Under the pieces are notes generated by a model. That model did not search any database and was not told the DNA's origin. It worked only from the letters and a program-made list of their open reading frames with translations. Source: Eledone cirrhosa (Eukaryota). Taken from it: a stretch of 64,000 nucleotides of DNA. Below are positions 15,076-28,704 of this stretch, piece by piece (the first letter of the stretch is position 1; every line of letters starts with the position of its first letter). The position numbers and the translations under genes are program-made. Where the stretch lies: contig OZ024754.1 of NCBI GenBank assembly GCA_964016885.1, positions 2,480,001 to 2,544,000 of the forward strand, given 5' to 3'.

Positions 15076-15164
15076 GGTTCATTTACTAGAAATAAAATAT
15101 AAAATATTACAAGCATTATACATGCAAATATACATTGTCACATACGTCTCGCTTTTATAAAATC

Positions 15165-15226
<62 letters not shown>

Positions 15227-15552
15227 TGTATATGTATATATATATATATGTATATATATATATGTGTGTGTGTGTATGTATATATATGTTTATATGTTTG
15301 TTTACTTCTAAGCCCTGTGCAGCCGCGACATGATGTTGTTGTTGTTGTTGAATATGGTGTCGGTTGTGTTCTTGGTGTTGCTGTGGTTGTTGTTGTTGCT
15401 GTTACTGTTGTTGTTGTAGTTGTAGTTGTTGTTATTGTCTTTGGTGATGCTGTTGTTGTTTTTTTCTGTTATTATTGGTGTTGTCTTTTGGATAGTGTTG
15501 ATATCGATATGTTAGATACTGGCGTTGAGGTGACCACACACACACACACATA

Positions 15553-15605
<53 letters not shown>

Positions 15606-15716
15606 ATAAATATATGCATATCTAAAATTCTCGATCTAGTTGATAGTATTACTGAAGTTGAATTCATCAACAGCATATATCTATCTGTCTGTCTGTCTGT
15701 CTATCTCTATATATGT

Positions 15717-15748
<32 letters not shown>

Positions 15749-15861
15749 TATATTTTATCCTCCATGTTCTTCCTTAAAGTTGACGTCCTTATGTCAATGT
15801 AGTTGCTGCTGCTGTTGTTGTTGGTGTTGTTGTTACTGCTGCTGTTGTTGTTGTTGGTGGT

Positions 15862-15894
<33 letters not shown>

Positions 15895-16312
15895 GCTGGT
15901 GCTGTTGTCGTTGCTGCTGTTGATGTAGTTGGTGTTGTTGTTGTAGTCGGTGGTGATGGTGGTGCTGTTGTTGTTGTTGTCGTCGTTGGTGGTGTTGTTG
16001 TTGTTGTTGGTGTTGGTGTTGTTGTTTTCGTCGTTGGTGTTGTTGGTGTTGATGTTGTTGATGTTGTTGTTGTTGTTGTTAGTGCTGATAAGGATTCTTT
16101 ACATTTTATTTTATTGTTAGTTTTTGTTAGTTGTGTGTCTGTGTTGCAATGAGGAGGTAATTGTTTAGGAAAAGTGTGAAAAAAGACGAATTCCTGGCAC
16201 AGTATTCTCTCTTTTATATGAAAAGTGCAAAATCATAAATGCATGCATTCCATTCTCGGTGTAGACCACACACAGGTTAAATCAGATACATATACAAACA
16301 ACAACAACAACA

Positions 16313-16343
<31 letters not shown>

Positions 16344-16381
16344 CAACAACAACAACACCAACGGCAACAACAACAACAAAC

Positions 16382-16507
16382 AATAATGGTTTCTGATTTA
16401 GGCACAAGGCCAACAATTGCGGGGGGGAAACAAAGGAAAGTCGATGAAATCGACACCAGTACGTTACTGGTACTTTTTCTGTTATAGAACCCGTACATAG
16501 GAAAGGT
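16382..16507 (-). mobile_element. Main-family SINE, 3' part
   Basis: Reverse complement of the SINE body and tail (GGCACAAGGCC...ACTGGTACTTT...GAAAGG). Confidence 0.75.
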
Positions 16508-16661
16508 ATGTATGTAAATATCTACAAATATATATGTATGGTTATCACTTATTTTTTATCATTTATTTTGTTTTGACCTGTTTAGCTTGATTTGGTTTTT
16601 GGCTTGGGTGGTTAATGCTTTCTTGACCACCTTTTCAGTTTTGTATGGCTTCTTAACACAT

Positions 16662-16775
16662 TGTTTAGCTCTGGTTTTTTAACTATTGAGCACTTTGCCA
16701 GTATCATTTCTGATTTTTGCGTTTCGCTTCGCTTTTCCTGCCTGCCGAAAATGCGATTCTCGCTTAATCTTTATT
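16662..16775 (+). repeat. Short interspersed repeat, family D (second copy inverted at 22803-22913)
   Basis: TGTTTAGCTCTGGTTTTTTAACTATTGAGC...GCCAGTATCATTTCTGATTTTTGCGTTTCG...ATGCGATTCTCGCT; ends at (TA)n. Confidence 0.8.
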
Positions 16776-16808
16776 TGTATATATTTATATATATATATAT
16801 ATATATAT

Positions 16809-16896
<88 letters not shown>

Positions 16897-17056
16897 CTCA
16901 GGACCCCGACGGCTGAGCGACGGATCTAGCTATCAAAACGGCCGGAGATCAGCCGTTGTGGTCCTGACTCTTTTCCTATTACCCACTCTACTACCCTAAA
17001 TATCGAGTAATCTGGTGCGTTATGGTCCACCTGGTATCTTACAACACCTTCTTTGT

Positions 17057-17058
<2 letters not shown>
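16897..17058 (+). mobile_element. Family C element (diverged copy)
   Basis: Homologous to 47521-47717 and 52519-52690. Confidence 0.75.
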
Positions 17059-17109
<51 letters not shown>

Positions 17110-17110
<1 letters not shown>

Positions 17111-17547
17111 TGTTTCTTTTATTTGCCACCAGGGCATCAAAAGTGGGACAAGTACAAAGGGGGGAGTTTACAAAACAAGGCGGCCTCAATAAGGAGGAGG
17201 CAATAACGAAATATAAAAATAAAATAAAATATAACAGAATAAAAAAAATTTTTTTTTTTAAATTAAAAATTTATAACAAAATCCTCAATAGAGAGGAGGC
17301 GCCTTGGGGGGTCGCACCCCCCCCCCCCGAAAAAAAGTGTGCAACCCTCAGGAGCACAAAGAAACAAAGAAGGGGTGCTCCCTTGGTCTTTCATCTTCCT
17401 CACCTATAGTCTGATGTAGAGTGAAGGCCCATTAACACGGGCCATTCTCGCCACTTTCACCCATCTTTCATAAAAACGGCTGGGGTGCAGCACCTCTCTC
17501 TCCATCCTGATCCTTCTTCCGAAATGATAGCGGAAGAAACGGACCAG
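17110..17547 (-). mobile_element. 5'-truncated L1/Tx1-like LINE (ORF2 C-terminus plus 3' UTR) inserted in (GATA)n
   Basis: Minus frame 17547-17404 reads LVRFFRYHFGRRIRMEREVLHPSRFYERWVKVARMARVNGPSLYIRL*, resembling an L1/Tx1 C-terminal F-x-x-R-W; AATAAA near the 3' end; (GATA)n on both flanks. Confidence 0.65.
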
Positions 17548-18155
17548 ATAGATAGATAGATAGATAGATAGAGACTACGACATTAATTAGGAATTTGCTT
17601 GACAAAGCACATCTCTCGTCCAGCTATTCTCGCAAGAGACGCTCAAAGTAGCCCAGAAAATTAACAAACCACTTTCAGGTACTTGAGAGTGGGTCATTGT
17701 CCACATATTGACGTCCTAACACTTTCTTGGTTTCCACTTATTCATAATTTAATCATCTCGGAAATATACTTGCTGCTATCATCTTTACAATTAATTCTTT
17801 TCACATCGAAACTTCTAATTCAAAACATCATAGTTACATCTAGATTTTACTAAAAGTATCCTTGCTTGTCTGTAATGTAATACAGCCAAAAGGGCGCATA
17901 ATTGGAAAATACTTTGAAAGGAGGTTGCCCCTGAAATGGGAATACAAATGGAATAAAACAAGTTTCGCGTAAATCGGAGCACGGGTTCCCGAGATATGTG
18001 GTTTTCTGGGTACCTTCATAAATAGAGAGAGAGAGAAGGATAGAGAGAAAAAAATAAACGAGGGTTGTGAGAGAGTAGATTGGAAGAAAATAGAGACATA
18101 GAGAGAGGGAGAGCAGACAGAGCAGGAGAATGGAAGAGAGAGAGAGAGCTGTTGT

Positions 18156-18205
<50 letters not shown>

Positions 18206-18274
18206 TGTGTGTGTATATATATATATATATATGTGTGTGTGTCTATAACCAGTGTATATAGATCACAGACACCC

Positions 18275-18324
<50 letters not shown>

Positions 18325-19639
18325 GAATACAAACACACACATTTATATATATATATACATACACACACGTATATATATAGGACTTCCAGTTTTAGTTCAC
18401 ATAATATACATTTCTGTGTATATTTTAATTATTTAAAAATTATTTTTAAGTGAACATGACTTTTAAAAAATATTTTGAAGTGAACGTGACCCCACGGGCC
18501 ACGTGTGGTCTGGAATCTACATAAAATTTAACTTAAATCTTCTAATATGACAAATTTTCTAGGATATATAATATAGATATATAATGTGTGTATGTGTGTG
18601 TGTGGACGCACGTGTAGGAATATATATTGCAATGTTTATGTACAGATATGTCAATTGCAGTTTCTGTAAGTGTCTTTTCTTATACACTTATTTAGGTTTT
18701 AATACATGGCAGGGATCAGGGATCACCTTGATAAGCTCGTTCTAATTTTATACTTTGCACCTAATCTCCTTTGACGCCATGTATTTATCACGTCGGCGCA
18801 TTGATAACCATTTTACTAGAATCTTATAAGCTGTTCAAAACTCTAGGCTGACTGGTCGTTTTCAAGGTGACCTCCAAAACAGTTTAATCCTACCTTTGAT
18901 ATTTACTATTACTTTAAATTCTTAGCACGTTTTGATTTAGGTTAACTTTATACCAACAATGTCATCCATTGTTTTAATCTTATCCGTTCTTTATCAATAT
19001 ATAGCTTTGTTTTCGTAGCTTTTCAATTTATTAATAACAGTTTGTCTCCATTGTTAGATGACTTTTATATATCTCGCCTCCTTTCACGGAGAGTGCTTAT
19101 TTTATATTATATTATATTATACTTTATTATATTATATTATATTATATTATTTTATATCATATCATATTATATTATATTATGTTATATTATATTATGTTAT
19201 ATTATATTATATATTGTATTATATATTTCTATTGTTAGTGATTTCATAAGTAACGAGTTAATTATCTTTATCTCTCTAATGTTGTTGATGTTACTGTTGC
19301 TGTTGTTTTACTTTTGTCTTGTAAATGGTAAATATTGGTGCAGGCCTATAAATATGATATATTTATTGCACATTGTTGGTTTATTAAAAAAACTTATAAT
19401 ATTATGTATCAACGTTTTGTTTATTTTAATAAATATATTACCATAGAAAATTATCCAAATATATTTTGTTTTGGAATATATTTTCTTTCTAATCTTTTTT
19501 TTACTTGTTTCGATGGTTTTCTCTTTTTAGATTCGAAATTGTTAATTATATGTTTTATTGAATGGAATACATTTCACTGCAGCTAACAGCTCTCCTTTAT
19601 TTTTCATGTACATATAGATCTGTTGTAGTAATATTATTA

Positions 19640-20057
19640 TTGGCAGTATCGGTAGAGAGTTGGACACCATGCTTTGTAGCATAGAGTTACGGCCCTTTAC
19701 GGTCTGAGTTCAAATCCCGCCGAGGTTAACTTTGCCTTTCATCCTTACGGGGTCGATAAAATAAAGCACCAGTAACGTACTTGGGTCGATTTAATGGCGT
19801 TTCCCCTACCCCAAAATTACTGGCCTTGTGCCTATACTAGAAATCATTAATCACTGGACGTCAGACGCCATGCTTTGCAGCATAGAGTTATGGCTCTTTA
19901 CGTGCTGAGTTCAAATCCGCCGAGGTTGACTTTGCCTTTCATCCTTATGGGTTCGATAAAATAAAGCACAACTATTGCACTGGGGTAATTGCTGGTGTCG
20001 GACAACATGCTTTATGGCATAGAGTTTCGGCCATTTGCGTTCTGCGTTCAAATCCCG
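19640..20057 (+). mobile_element. Tandem array of three main-family SINE units (19640-19849, 19856-19995, 19996-20057 partial)
   Basis: Repeated B-box and body. Confidence 0.85.
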
Positions 20058-20884
20058 GGAAACACATTGAGGAGAATCATTGAGGACAATACAGAACTAT
20101 CCGGTAAAAATTTGAGGCAGTTAATGCCAGATCATGTCAAGATGAAAAGGTTTTATTAGGTCATCACAACAAATTAGTGGATGAAGTTAGTAGTTAGTAG
20201 TTAATAGTAGTACAGGGTTCCGATATTTAATTATCGAATTCTTAGAATTACTTTAGCCTTGATATATAATGCGTTGTTAAGTATGAAATTTGTAGAAAAT
20301 TGTAGAAAAAAAACAAATTTTTACAAATTTCATACTTGACGAAACAATATATATAGATTAATAATTTGAATGTCAACAACAATCCACCATCTCATTTTCT
20401 ATCATATCCTATAATAAATAGAATTAAATAATAGCAAAAGACAAACAATATATATAAACACAATCAATATATCACGGTTGTAATTTAAAATATGGCAAAA
20501 TGACTTTTCAACGACAAAATCCAATACTCTAACGCAAAACATTTTAAGCCGATGCGTCAGCAAATTAATAAAGATTGTTGAAGTTAAGAGTCTAAGAGAG
20601 ATTATATTTATCATATTCTGATAATAAATTAAGTATTTTTAATGAAAACTAATAAAGAAGAAGTATTCTTCGTCTTAGCAAAATGTCAGAATTTTACGTG
20701 GAAATTAATTGAGAAAATAGTAAGGTCTTCATATTCTCTCTAGTAATCATTATTTTAGACAAATGGAGCAACTTGTAAATATGAACATGTCATAGACAGT
20801 TCGATAAGCAAAATTACAATAAAATAATGTCAATATATTTATACATATACATGAAGACACATCACGTATATATATATATGTCCG

Positions 20885-21170
20885 CATCTAATACACGGAA
20901 CTCTCTTCCAATACCCCCTCTCTATAGCAATTACCACCCCCTCCTCTTTATATCTACTACACGGAACTCTCTACCAATACCCCTCTCTATTTCATTACCA
21001 CCAAACTAACCCCCTTTCTACATCTACCATACAAAACTCTCATTCATTCCCTCTCACTCTAGCTATCACTACAAAGCTCTCGTCCCCCTCTCTATATTTA
21101 CTACATGGAACTCTCTTCTAATACCCCTCTCTATATCAATTAACACCAAACTCTCCCCCTCTCTATATCT
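20885..21170. repeat. Imperfect tandem repeat
   Basis: Recurrent CTACACGGAACTCTCT..AATACCCCTCTCTAT. Confidence 0.65.
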
Positions 21171-21349
21171 ACATGTACATAAATTGTAGCGCATATACCA
21201 ATAGATGTGTGTTTTGATAGTTTGGGGAGAAATATATAATTATTGGGGTGGGGGGAAGGGCCCTCCGGCCAGTTCTGTTATTTTTATCTAAAGACATTTT
21301 TTTCCAATTCTACCCCGCCCGTCCCTTCAATGCATCTAATTTCTCATTC

Positions 21350-21390
21350 TTTCTTCTGATGAAGGACTAGCGTCCGAAACGTTACGACCC
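21350..21390 (+). ncRNA. Penelope-type minimal hammerhead-like motif (stem I degenerate)
   Basis: CTGATGA-A-GGAC-TAGC-GTCC-GAAACGTTA; related to 58979-59006. Confidence 0.55.
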
Positions 21391-21486
21391 TCTTCCTGCT
21401 ACACCAAGCGTTAACCTAATATATTCCTTCCATATACTGTACTGATTGTGTTGTTATTACTGTTTACCTTTTAGACACACACACAC

Positions 21487-21545
<59 letters not shown>

Positions 21546-21654
21546 ATATATATATGTGTATGTATATATATATATATATGTGTATGTATATATATATATA
21601 TGTGTGTATGTATATATATATATATGTGTGTATGTATATATATATATATGTGTG

Positions 21655-21731
<77 letters not shown>

Positions 21732-21802
21732 ATATGTATATATATATATGTGTATGTATGTATATATATATATGTGTATATGTATATATATATATGTGTA
21801 TG

Positions 21803-21859
<57 letters not shown>

Positions 21860-21892
21860 ATGTATGTATGTATATATATATATGTGTGTATG

Positions 21893-21959
<67 letters not shown>

Positions 21960-21992
21960 ATCTATATATATATATAAGTTTGTGTATACATG

Positions 21993-22026
<34 letters not shown>

Positions 22027-22442
22027 CAGACTTATTTATGTATGCGTGGTTTCGGAGGCGACGTTGGATGTGTCTAAGGTGAGTAGCAGATGTTGTGACA
22101 GCAATTAATTTAGCTTGTCTGTTACAAATGGAAAGCAGCGCCATTGAACATTTTGTGTTATAGTTCTGTCGGGAAATGTGAGAAACTCTGAGGTTTAGAG
22201 TGTGTGGGGGAGGGAGGGAGAAAGATACGTTGAGCAAGGGAGATAATCAAATATAATAGAATGATAGGTTGGTAGTAGATGTTATGGATAAAAAAAAAAG
22301 AAATTGACACTTGTAAAAACAGATAAACGTAGAGAAAGAGGTGATTGGGTATAGAGTATATTTGATAGGGGGGTAGGGAGGAGGAGGCGGATAAATAGAG
22401 AGATAAGGATGGTGAAGAGAAAGAATCAGAACAGCTGAGACG

Positions 22443-22516
<74 letters not shown>

Positions 22517-22581
22517 TAGAGGGGTAGTTATATACACGTATATTTGATGGGGAGATAGAGAGGAGGAGGATAAATAGAGAA

Positions 22582-22656
<75 letters not shown>

Positions 22657-22802
22657 TAGTTATATATATTTGATGGGGGATAGAGAGGAGGAGGATAAAT
22701 AGAGAGATAAGGATGGTGAAGAGAAGTAATGAGGGAGAAGAGATAGAAACAGAGAGAGAGAGCAAGAGAGAGAGAGAGAGCAAGAGATGGGTATATATAT
22801 TT

Positions 22803-22913
22803 ATATAGATTCAGCGAGAATCGCATTTCGGCGAGTAGAAATGGCGAAACGAAACGCAAAAATCAGAAATGATACTGGCAAGCGCTCAATAGTTAAAAAA
22901 CCAGAGCTAAACA
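22803..22913 (-). repeat. Family D repeat, inverted copy
   Basis: Reverse complement of 16662-16775. Confidence 0.8.
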
Positions 22914-22929
22914 CCTATGCCAGAGAGAG

Positions 22930-22984
<55 letters not shown>

Positions 22985-23307
22985 AGAGAGAGAGACTAAT
23001 ATTCAGTAGAAATATAAATAAACTAAAGGTAAGGTCTAAAAACGTTGTCCCCAAACTAAATGAGTTGTCTGTCCTGCTGTCACTTGTTAAAATAAAGGTA
23101 TTGTCATATAGAGAAGGTTTAGAGGTTAACAGGGAAGTTGTTTGTTTTTAATGGAGGACAACAGATAATTCTGTTGATTTATAGGGGAGGGTTTGTTTAG
23201 TTGTGTGTATATATTTATGTATATATATGTATGTATGCATATGTATATGTATATATATATATATGCATATATATATATATACATATATATATATGTATAT
23301 GTATATG

Positions 23308-23413
<106 letters not shown>

Positions 23414-23829
23414 TATATATATAAGTATATGTATGTATATATACATGTATATATGTATATATATTTATATATAGGGAGAGAGACAGAGAGAGACAAAAAA
23501 GAGAGAATTGAATATGTTGTATGCATACTCATGCATACAACCACAGACCTACATACATGTGATTGTATATGTCTCTCTCTATATATGTCTCTATATATGT
23601 GTGTATATGTATGTGTATATGTATGTATATGCGTGTGTACACGTGGTGACATGATTGTGCATAATTGAATGTCCACAATCAACCTGGTTATTGCTTTCAG
23701 ATGATATATTTTATTGATAGTGTTTTGATTATTTATTTCTCTTTTGGAAAAGTCAAATAAAACAACAACGAAACTACAATATCACCACAATTCCGATATG
23801 CTTGATAATACGTAGACGTTTCCTACTTG

Positions 23830-23905
23830 TATAAGGGTTGGCTGGAATGTGTATAGGCTGACCAAGAGACTCTCATGGAATGACCAAATGGGGTGTATTT
23901 TTCAA
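23830..23905 (+). mobile_element. Mariner-type TIR fragment
   Basis: AGGGTTGGCTGGAATGTGTATAGGCTGAC resembles the ends of 28106-28240. Confidence 0.5.
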
Positions 23906-23985
23906 CAACGAAACCACAACATCATCACAATACATTTCCATAGGTTTGATAAAACTTACATTTTTATACGATAGAAAAATGTTAT

Positions 23986-24355
23986 TTGGCAGTATCGGTA
24001 GAGCGTCGGACAACAAGCTTTGCACCGTAGAGTCATTGACCTTTACGTTCTGAGTTCAAATCCCAACGAGGTTAACTTTGTCTTTACATCCTTACGGGGT
24101 CGATAAAATAAAGTACCAGTAATGCACGGGGTTGATTGCTGGCCTTGTGCGAAAAGTAGAAACATCTACTTGGCAGTATCGGTAGAGCGTCAGACACCAT
24201 ACTTTGCAGCATAAAGTTATTGCCCTTTACGTTCTGTGTTCAAATCCTGCTGAGGCTAACTTTGCTTTTCATCCTTACGGGGGTCAATAAAATAAAGTAC
24301 CAGTAATGCTCTGGAGTAATTGCTGGCCTTGTGCCAAAACTAGAAACAATTATTA
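23986..24355 (+). mobile_element. Two tandem main-family SINEs (23986-24165, 24170-24355)
   Basis: Both begin TTGGCAGTATCGGTAGAGCGTC and have the full body. Confidence 0.9.
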
Positions 24356-24715
24356 CAAAACCAACCGTGCCCTAACTCCGGCCACATAAGATGGCGCTCA
24401 GTGTTGCATAGAAGAACACCATTGTCGGTTATATAGAAGAGAAATATCAATGATACATATATTGTTGTTACAGAGATGAAATGTAAAGTCTTTACCGAAT
24501 GTTTTGAAATTTGATCGTAAAAGGGCGTAAATAAGTGGAGAGTTGTTTTACACTATTTTTTTTGTCTAACGCCCTTTCTGAACCTGCAATATTTTGACGT
24601 TGAACCACTGTAACAATATCTGCTACTACTACTACTACTACTATTACTACTACCACCCCCACTACTACTACTACTACTACCACCACCTCTACTACCACTT
24701 CTACCACCACCACCC

Positions 24716-24754
<39 letters not shown>

Positions 24755-25058
24755 ATACTACTACCACCACCACCACCACTATTACCACCCCCACTACTAC
24801 TACCACCACCACCACCACTACTACCACCCCCACCACCACCACTATCTTCAAATACACCATTCCTTAAATGCTGAGCTCTAAACGTCAGTAGGGTGTTTCA
24901 CCCCTTATCACAATTGACTGTCAATCAATCACCACATCATGCAGGAGTACTTAGTGACCTCTGACGGTTTAGACTCGCACCTGTCTTGCGCTTTATCTAC
25001 CTGCATATTTGTATGTGTGTGTGTGTGTGTACATATCTATGTGTGTGTGTAATATATA

Positions 25059-25290
25059 CAGGGTGAGTGAAAATTATGTTAACACTTTTCTCGATCAAAC
25101 ATTTCCAAATCGTTGGAGAGGTCGCGGTGGACCACTGGCATGGGCTGCACACTGCCCTGATCTGACACCCTCTGACTTCTGGGTATGGGGCATGGTAAAG
25201 GAGGGCGTGTATAGCAAAAAAGTTTGAGACATCGATGAACTCAAGGACAGAATACAAGGTGTCATATCAAGTATTCCCCGCGTGTGTCAA
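25059..25290 (+). mobile_element. Internally deleted Tc1/mariner-superfamily transposon remnant
   Basis: TA|CAGGGTG terminus followed by FLDQTFPNRWRGRGGPLAWAAHCPDLTPSDFWVWGMVKEGVY...DELKDRI, the WPxxSPDLTPxDFxxWG catalytic motif, with a stop codon. Confidence 0.85.
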
Positions 25291-25595
25291 GGCACCAAAT
25301 TGTACTGTGCGCCCAGCATGCACAGGCATTAGGATGTGTATTTTCCTGCCACCGACATATCAAACATATCGATCTTCATCTGAGGAAACCGTTCTCATAA
25401 TCAACAGCAAATGCATGAAGGACATCTCGATTGCATGGAGGACCGTAGAAATAATTATTATGATTAAACGATATATGTAACCTCAGCAACTTATTTTATT
25501 ATTTTTTATAAAATTCTCCATCGTAACTAAAACAACGACTGTTGAGACCTTTCTCCTGCTTACACCTGTTTTTACCAAAACAATCTTTTCCGAAC

Positions 25596-25696
<101 letters not shown>

Positions 25697-26100
25697 ACAC
25701 ATACATATATACATACGATAAGGGGTTCCCACTGATTACATTACGTGATATCTCACTTGATTCTTTAACAACCGAACTATTTTATTTGTTCTTCAGTCTG
25801 TTCTGTAATTTAACGTTATTTTATTTTATTTATGTAATTCCTTTGTGGAAAAATGTTTTGCACTGATTCAGAATTCACCTTCGGAACGTCTACCCCCCCC
25901 CCCTCACTATAACCACACACCTTCACCCTACATTTTTATACCTCATCTTTGCACCTGTAGAGCCTATCTTAGTTTAATAGAGACATCCAGATGAAAAAAT
26001 AAAGTAAATAACGGAATTGTAATGAACGAGGAGTCAGTAAGTGAATTAGACTAAGTTGAGATATTATAAACGTGAAAAATTGTTTGAAGGAAGAGAGCAA

Positions 26101-26342
26101 AATACGTAAACACAGGCAGACTTACACACACACACGCGCGCTCACACACACACACAGACACACACACAAAGAAGCACACACACAGAGAAAGCACACACAC
26201 AGAGAAAGAGAGAGAGAGAGAAACGCGCGCTCCCACCTGCACGCACGCACCAAATACCAGAAAGATGAACTTCCTTTACGCATATATACTGTAAAAATGC
26301 GTAAACACAGGCAGACCTACGCACACACACATACACACACAA

Positions 26343-26400
<58 letters not shown>

Positions 26401-26491
26401 AGAGAGAGAAACGCGCGCGCCCACCTGCAGGCACACACCTAATACCACAAAGAACTACCTCTCTTATTCCTATATATATACTGTAAAAATG
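26101..26491. repeat. Tandem duplication of a ~195-bp unit containing CA/GA tracts
   Basis: CGTAAACACAGGCAGAC...GAAACGCGCGC..CCACCTGCA...ATATACTGTAAAAATG occurs twice. Confidence 0.75.
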
Positions 26492-26636
26492 GTACATGAA
26501 CAAAACAGAGTACTCAATACCGTTTCTGTATTATTATACCCACCGTATTTCCCTGCGCCGAAGATGCTTCGTCCTCGAGAGCGCACCCTAATTTTGACAA
26601 CCAAAAATTTGAAAAAAAATAATGTTTGTGTGTAGT

Positions 26637-26700
<64 letters not shown>

Positions 26701-26865
26701 TAAAGTTAGTCCTTCATCAGTGATCTTCCAACCTTCATTGGTATTTCATCGCTTTAAAGACCATCTACCTCCGGTTGGTGCGAGCAACGGCTAAAGAAAG
26801 TCGTTGGGACACGTAAATAAGGGGAACGAGCGAGAGTGTAAACAATCAAAGATGGTAATGCAACG

Positions 26866-27140
26866 AAAAGTGAGGAAGAAGGAGTCAAGTCCCAGATTTC
26901 TATGAATATAAGTTCGGTGAAATCGTGAACGAGAGAGAATAAAGACCATCAAACCTAGTCGAAATGTGAGCAAGGAAGGAATTCCGGACAGGTCAAACGG
27001 GAGGAAGAAGGAGTCTAGTCCCTGAATTCGGTGAACATAAGTTCTGTGAAATCGTAGACAAGAGAGAAAAAAAGGAACAACCAGCCTGGTCAAGCGTGCG
27101 CAAGAAAAGAATTACGCACAGGTCAAACGGGAGGAAGTAG
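26866..27140. repeat. ~125-bp tandem duplication (about 2.2 copies)
   Basis: GAGGAAGAAGGAGTC.AGTCCC...ATAAGTTC...GTGAAATCGT and CAGGTCAAACGGGAGGAAG repeated. Confidence 0.7.
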
Positions 27141-27697
27141 GAGAGGTAGTAGCAGAGAGTATATGTGTGTATAAACCTATATATATTTATATATGTATAT
27201 AACTTTCTACATGATCACCGAATCAACAAAGACACTGAGATTGTCACCTGTTTATAATTCCGATGAAATCAGCAGACGTGTTGACTCTGTCGTGTGAAAT
27301 CTATGTAATCAACGGTGAAGCGAACAAATAAATTCCGTTAACATTACCTTTACATTTAACACCCTTGTAATGATCTAAGGGCTTTACTACATTCCAACAT
27401 AGCTGACTACTCATCTTCTAAAAGTTTCTGTCCAGTACATATAGGCACACCCGACTTCACACTTTGTCTTTTTAATATTCCTATGTGATGATGGATCTTC
27501 CGTCGGTACGAATGAGGATCAGAGTCAGTGTTAGTTCATCTGTCAACGAATCTTTGGACCAATATTAGTTTACGATATTCATAAACACTATTTTTCGTTC
27601 ACTGTTTCCTCTCTCTCACTCTACTGTATCTTCCCTCCACTCACTCCCTCTCTCGCCCTCTCTCCCTCTCTCGCCCTCTCTCTCTCTCGTGTGTGTG

Positions 27698-27790
27698 TGA
27701 TTGAACTCGAACGCAGAACGCAAAGGACCATAACTCTATGCTGCAAAGCATGGTGTGTGGCGCTCTACCGATACTGCCAAACCAGCTAAC
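27698..27790 (-). mobile_element. Main-family SINE, 5' part only
   Basis: Reverse complement of the SINE head (CTCTACCGATACTGCCAA). Confidence 0.8.
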
Positions 27791-28105
27791 TGACTTGACC
27801 CGTCATCTCAAACAAAAGGTTCTAAAAACCTTCGCTAAGTACAAACCACTACCTCCCTACGGACAACTGACGCTGTACACAAGGTCCGAACTCCCACTGT
27901 CATCGCCTCGATCTCTCCCGCCCTCACCATGAGCAAATGGTGTCCCACGTGCTGGCCATCCCACGCCCCGGCTAACAGAATACAGTTATTAGAGAATTTA
28001 GAGAACTTAGAGAACTTAAATGTTAGAAAAATGACAGAAGAGTGAAAATATCAGAACTGGAAGAAAAAGTAAATTACTTCGTCCAAGTAAATACAGAAAC
28101 ACAAA

Positions 28106-28237
28106 TTGGCTGAAAAGTTCATCAGCTGACTCTGAAAGAGTGATGCTAAAGCTGTGAAATATTGCGTGCATTAATTTCAACTCTTAATAATTGTAAACTT
28201 AATTTGGCCAGGCCTACGAACTTTTGATCCAACTCTC

Positions 28238-28240
<3 letters not shown>
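28106..28240. mobile_element. Mariner-type MITE remnant
   Basis: Imperfect TIRs TTGGCTGAAAAGTTCAT / ACGAACTTTTGATCCAACTCTCATA. Confidence 0.55.
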
Positions 28241-28269
<29 letters not shown>

Positions 28270-28301
28270 TAAATATAACCTCTGCATATATATATATATA
28301 T

Positions 28302-28525
28302 ATGCAGAGGTTATATTTAATTTGTTGGGATTCAACAAGTTTAAAATTTTTTATAACTGATATAAAGCACTCAACAATTTAGTGGAGTACAATATATTAA
28401 CAAATGAAAACTATATTTATAAAACAATATTTATTTTATTATACATATTTCAAGGGCTACCATGGCAAATTATGGTGCGCTTTCATCAGATAAAATACAA
28501 TACAGATTAGTTTTATAAATAAACC
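28302..28525 (-). mobile_element. Family A hammerhead-bearing non-autonomous element (Penelope pLTR-like)
   Basis: Homologous segments at 57177-57310 and 59283-59535; the 3' end abuts (TA)n. Confidence 0.7.
28432..28497 (-). ncRNA. Type I minimal hammerhead ribozyme
   Basis: TATTTTAT-CTGATGA-AAGCGCACCATAATTTGCCATGGTAGCCCTT-GAA-ATATGTAT-A-ATAAAATA: 8-bp stem I, intact core, near-palindromic stem III. Confidence 0.8.
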
Positions 28526-28660
28526 TTAGCGGTTATATATGTATATATACACACACAATATAATTATATATGTATGTATATATGTGTATTAATTTCTACA
28601 CACGGCCCCCTGTGTATGATTCTTCGTACGTGAATGAGAGTGGACAACTGCTAAATTATA

Positions 28661-28704
<44 letters not shown>

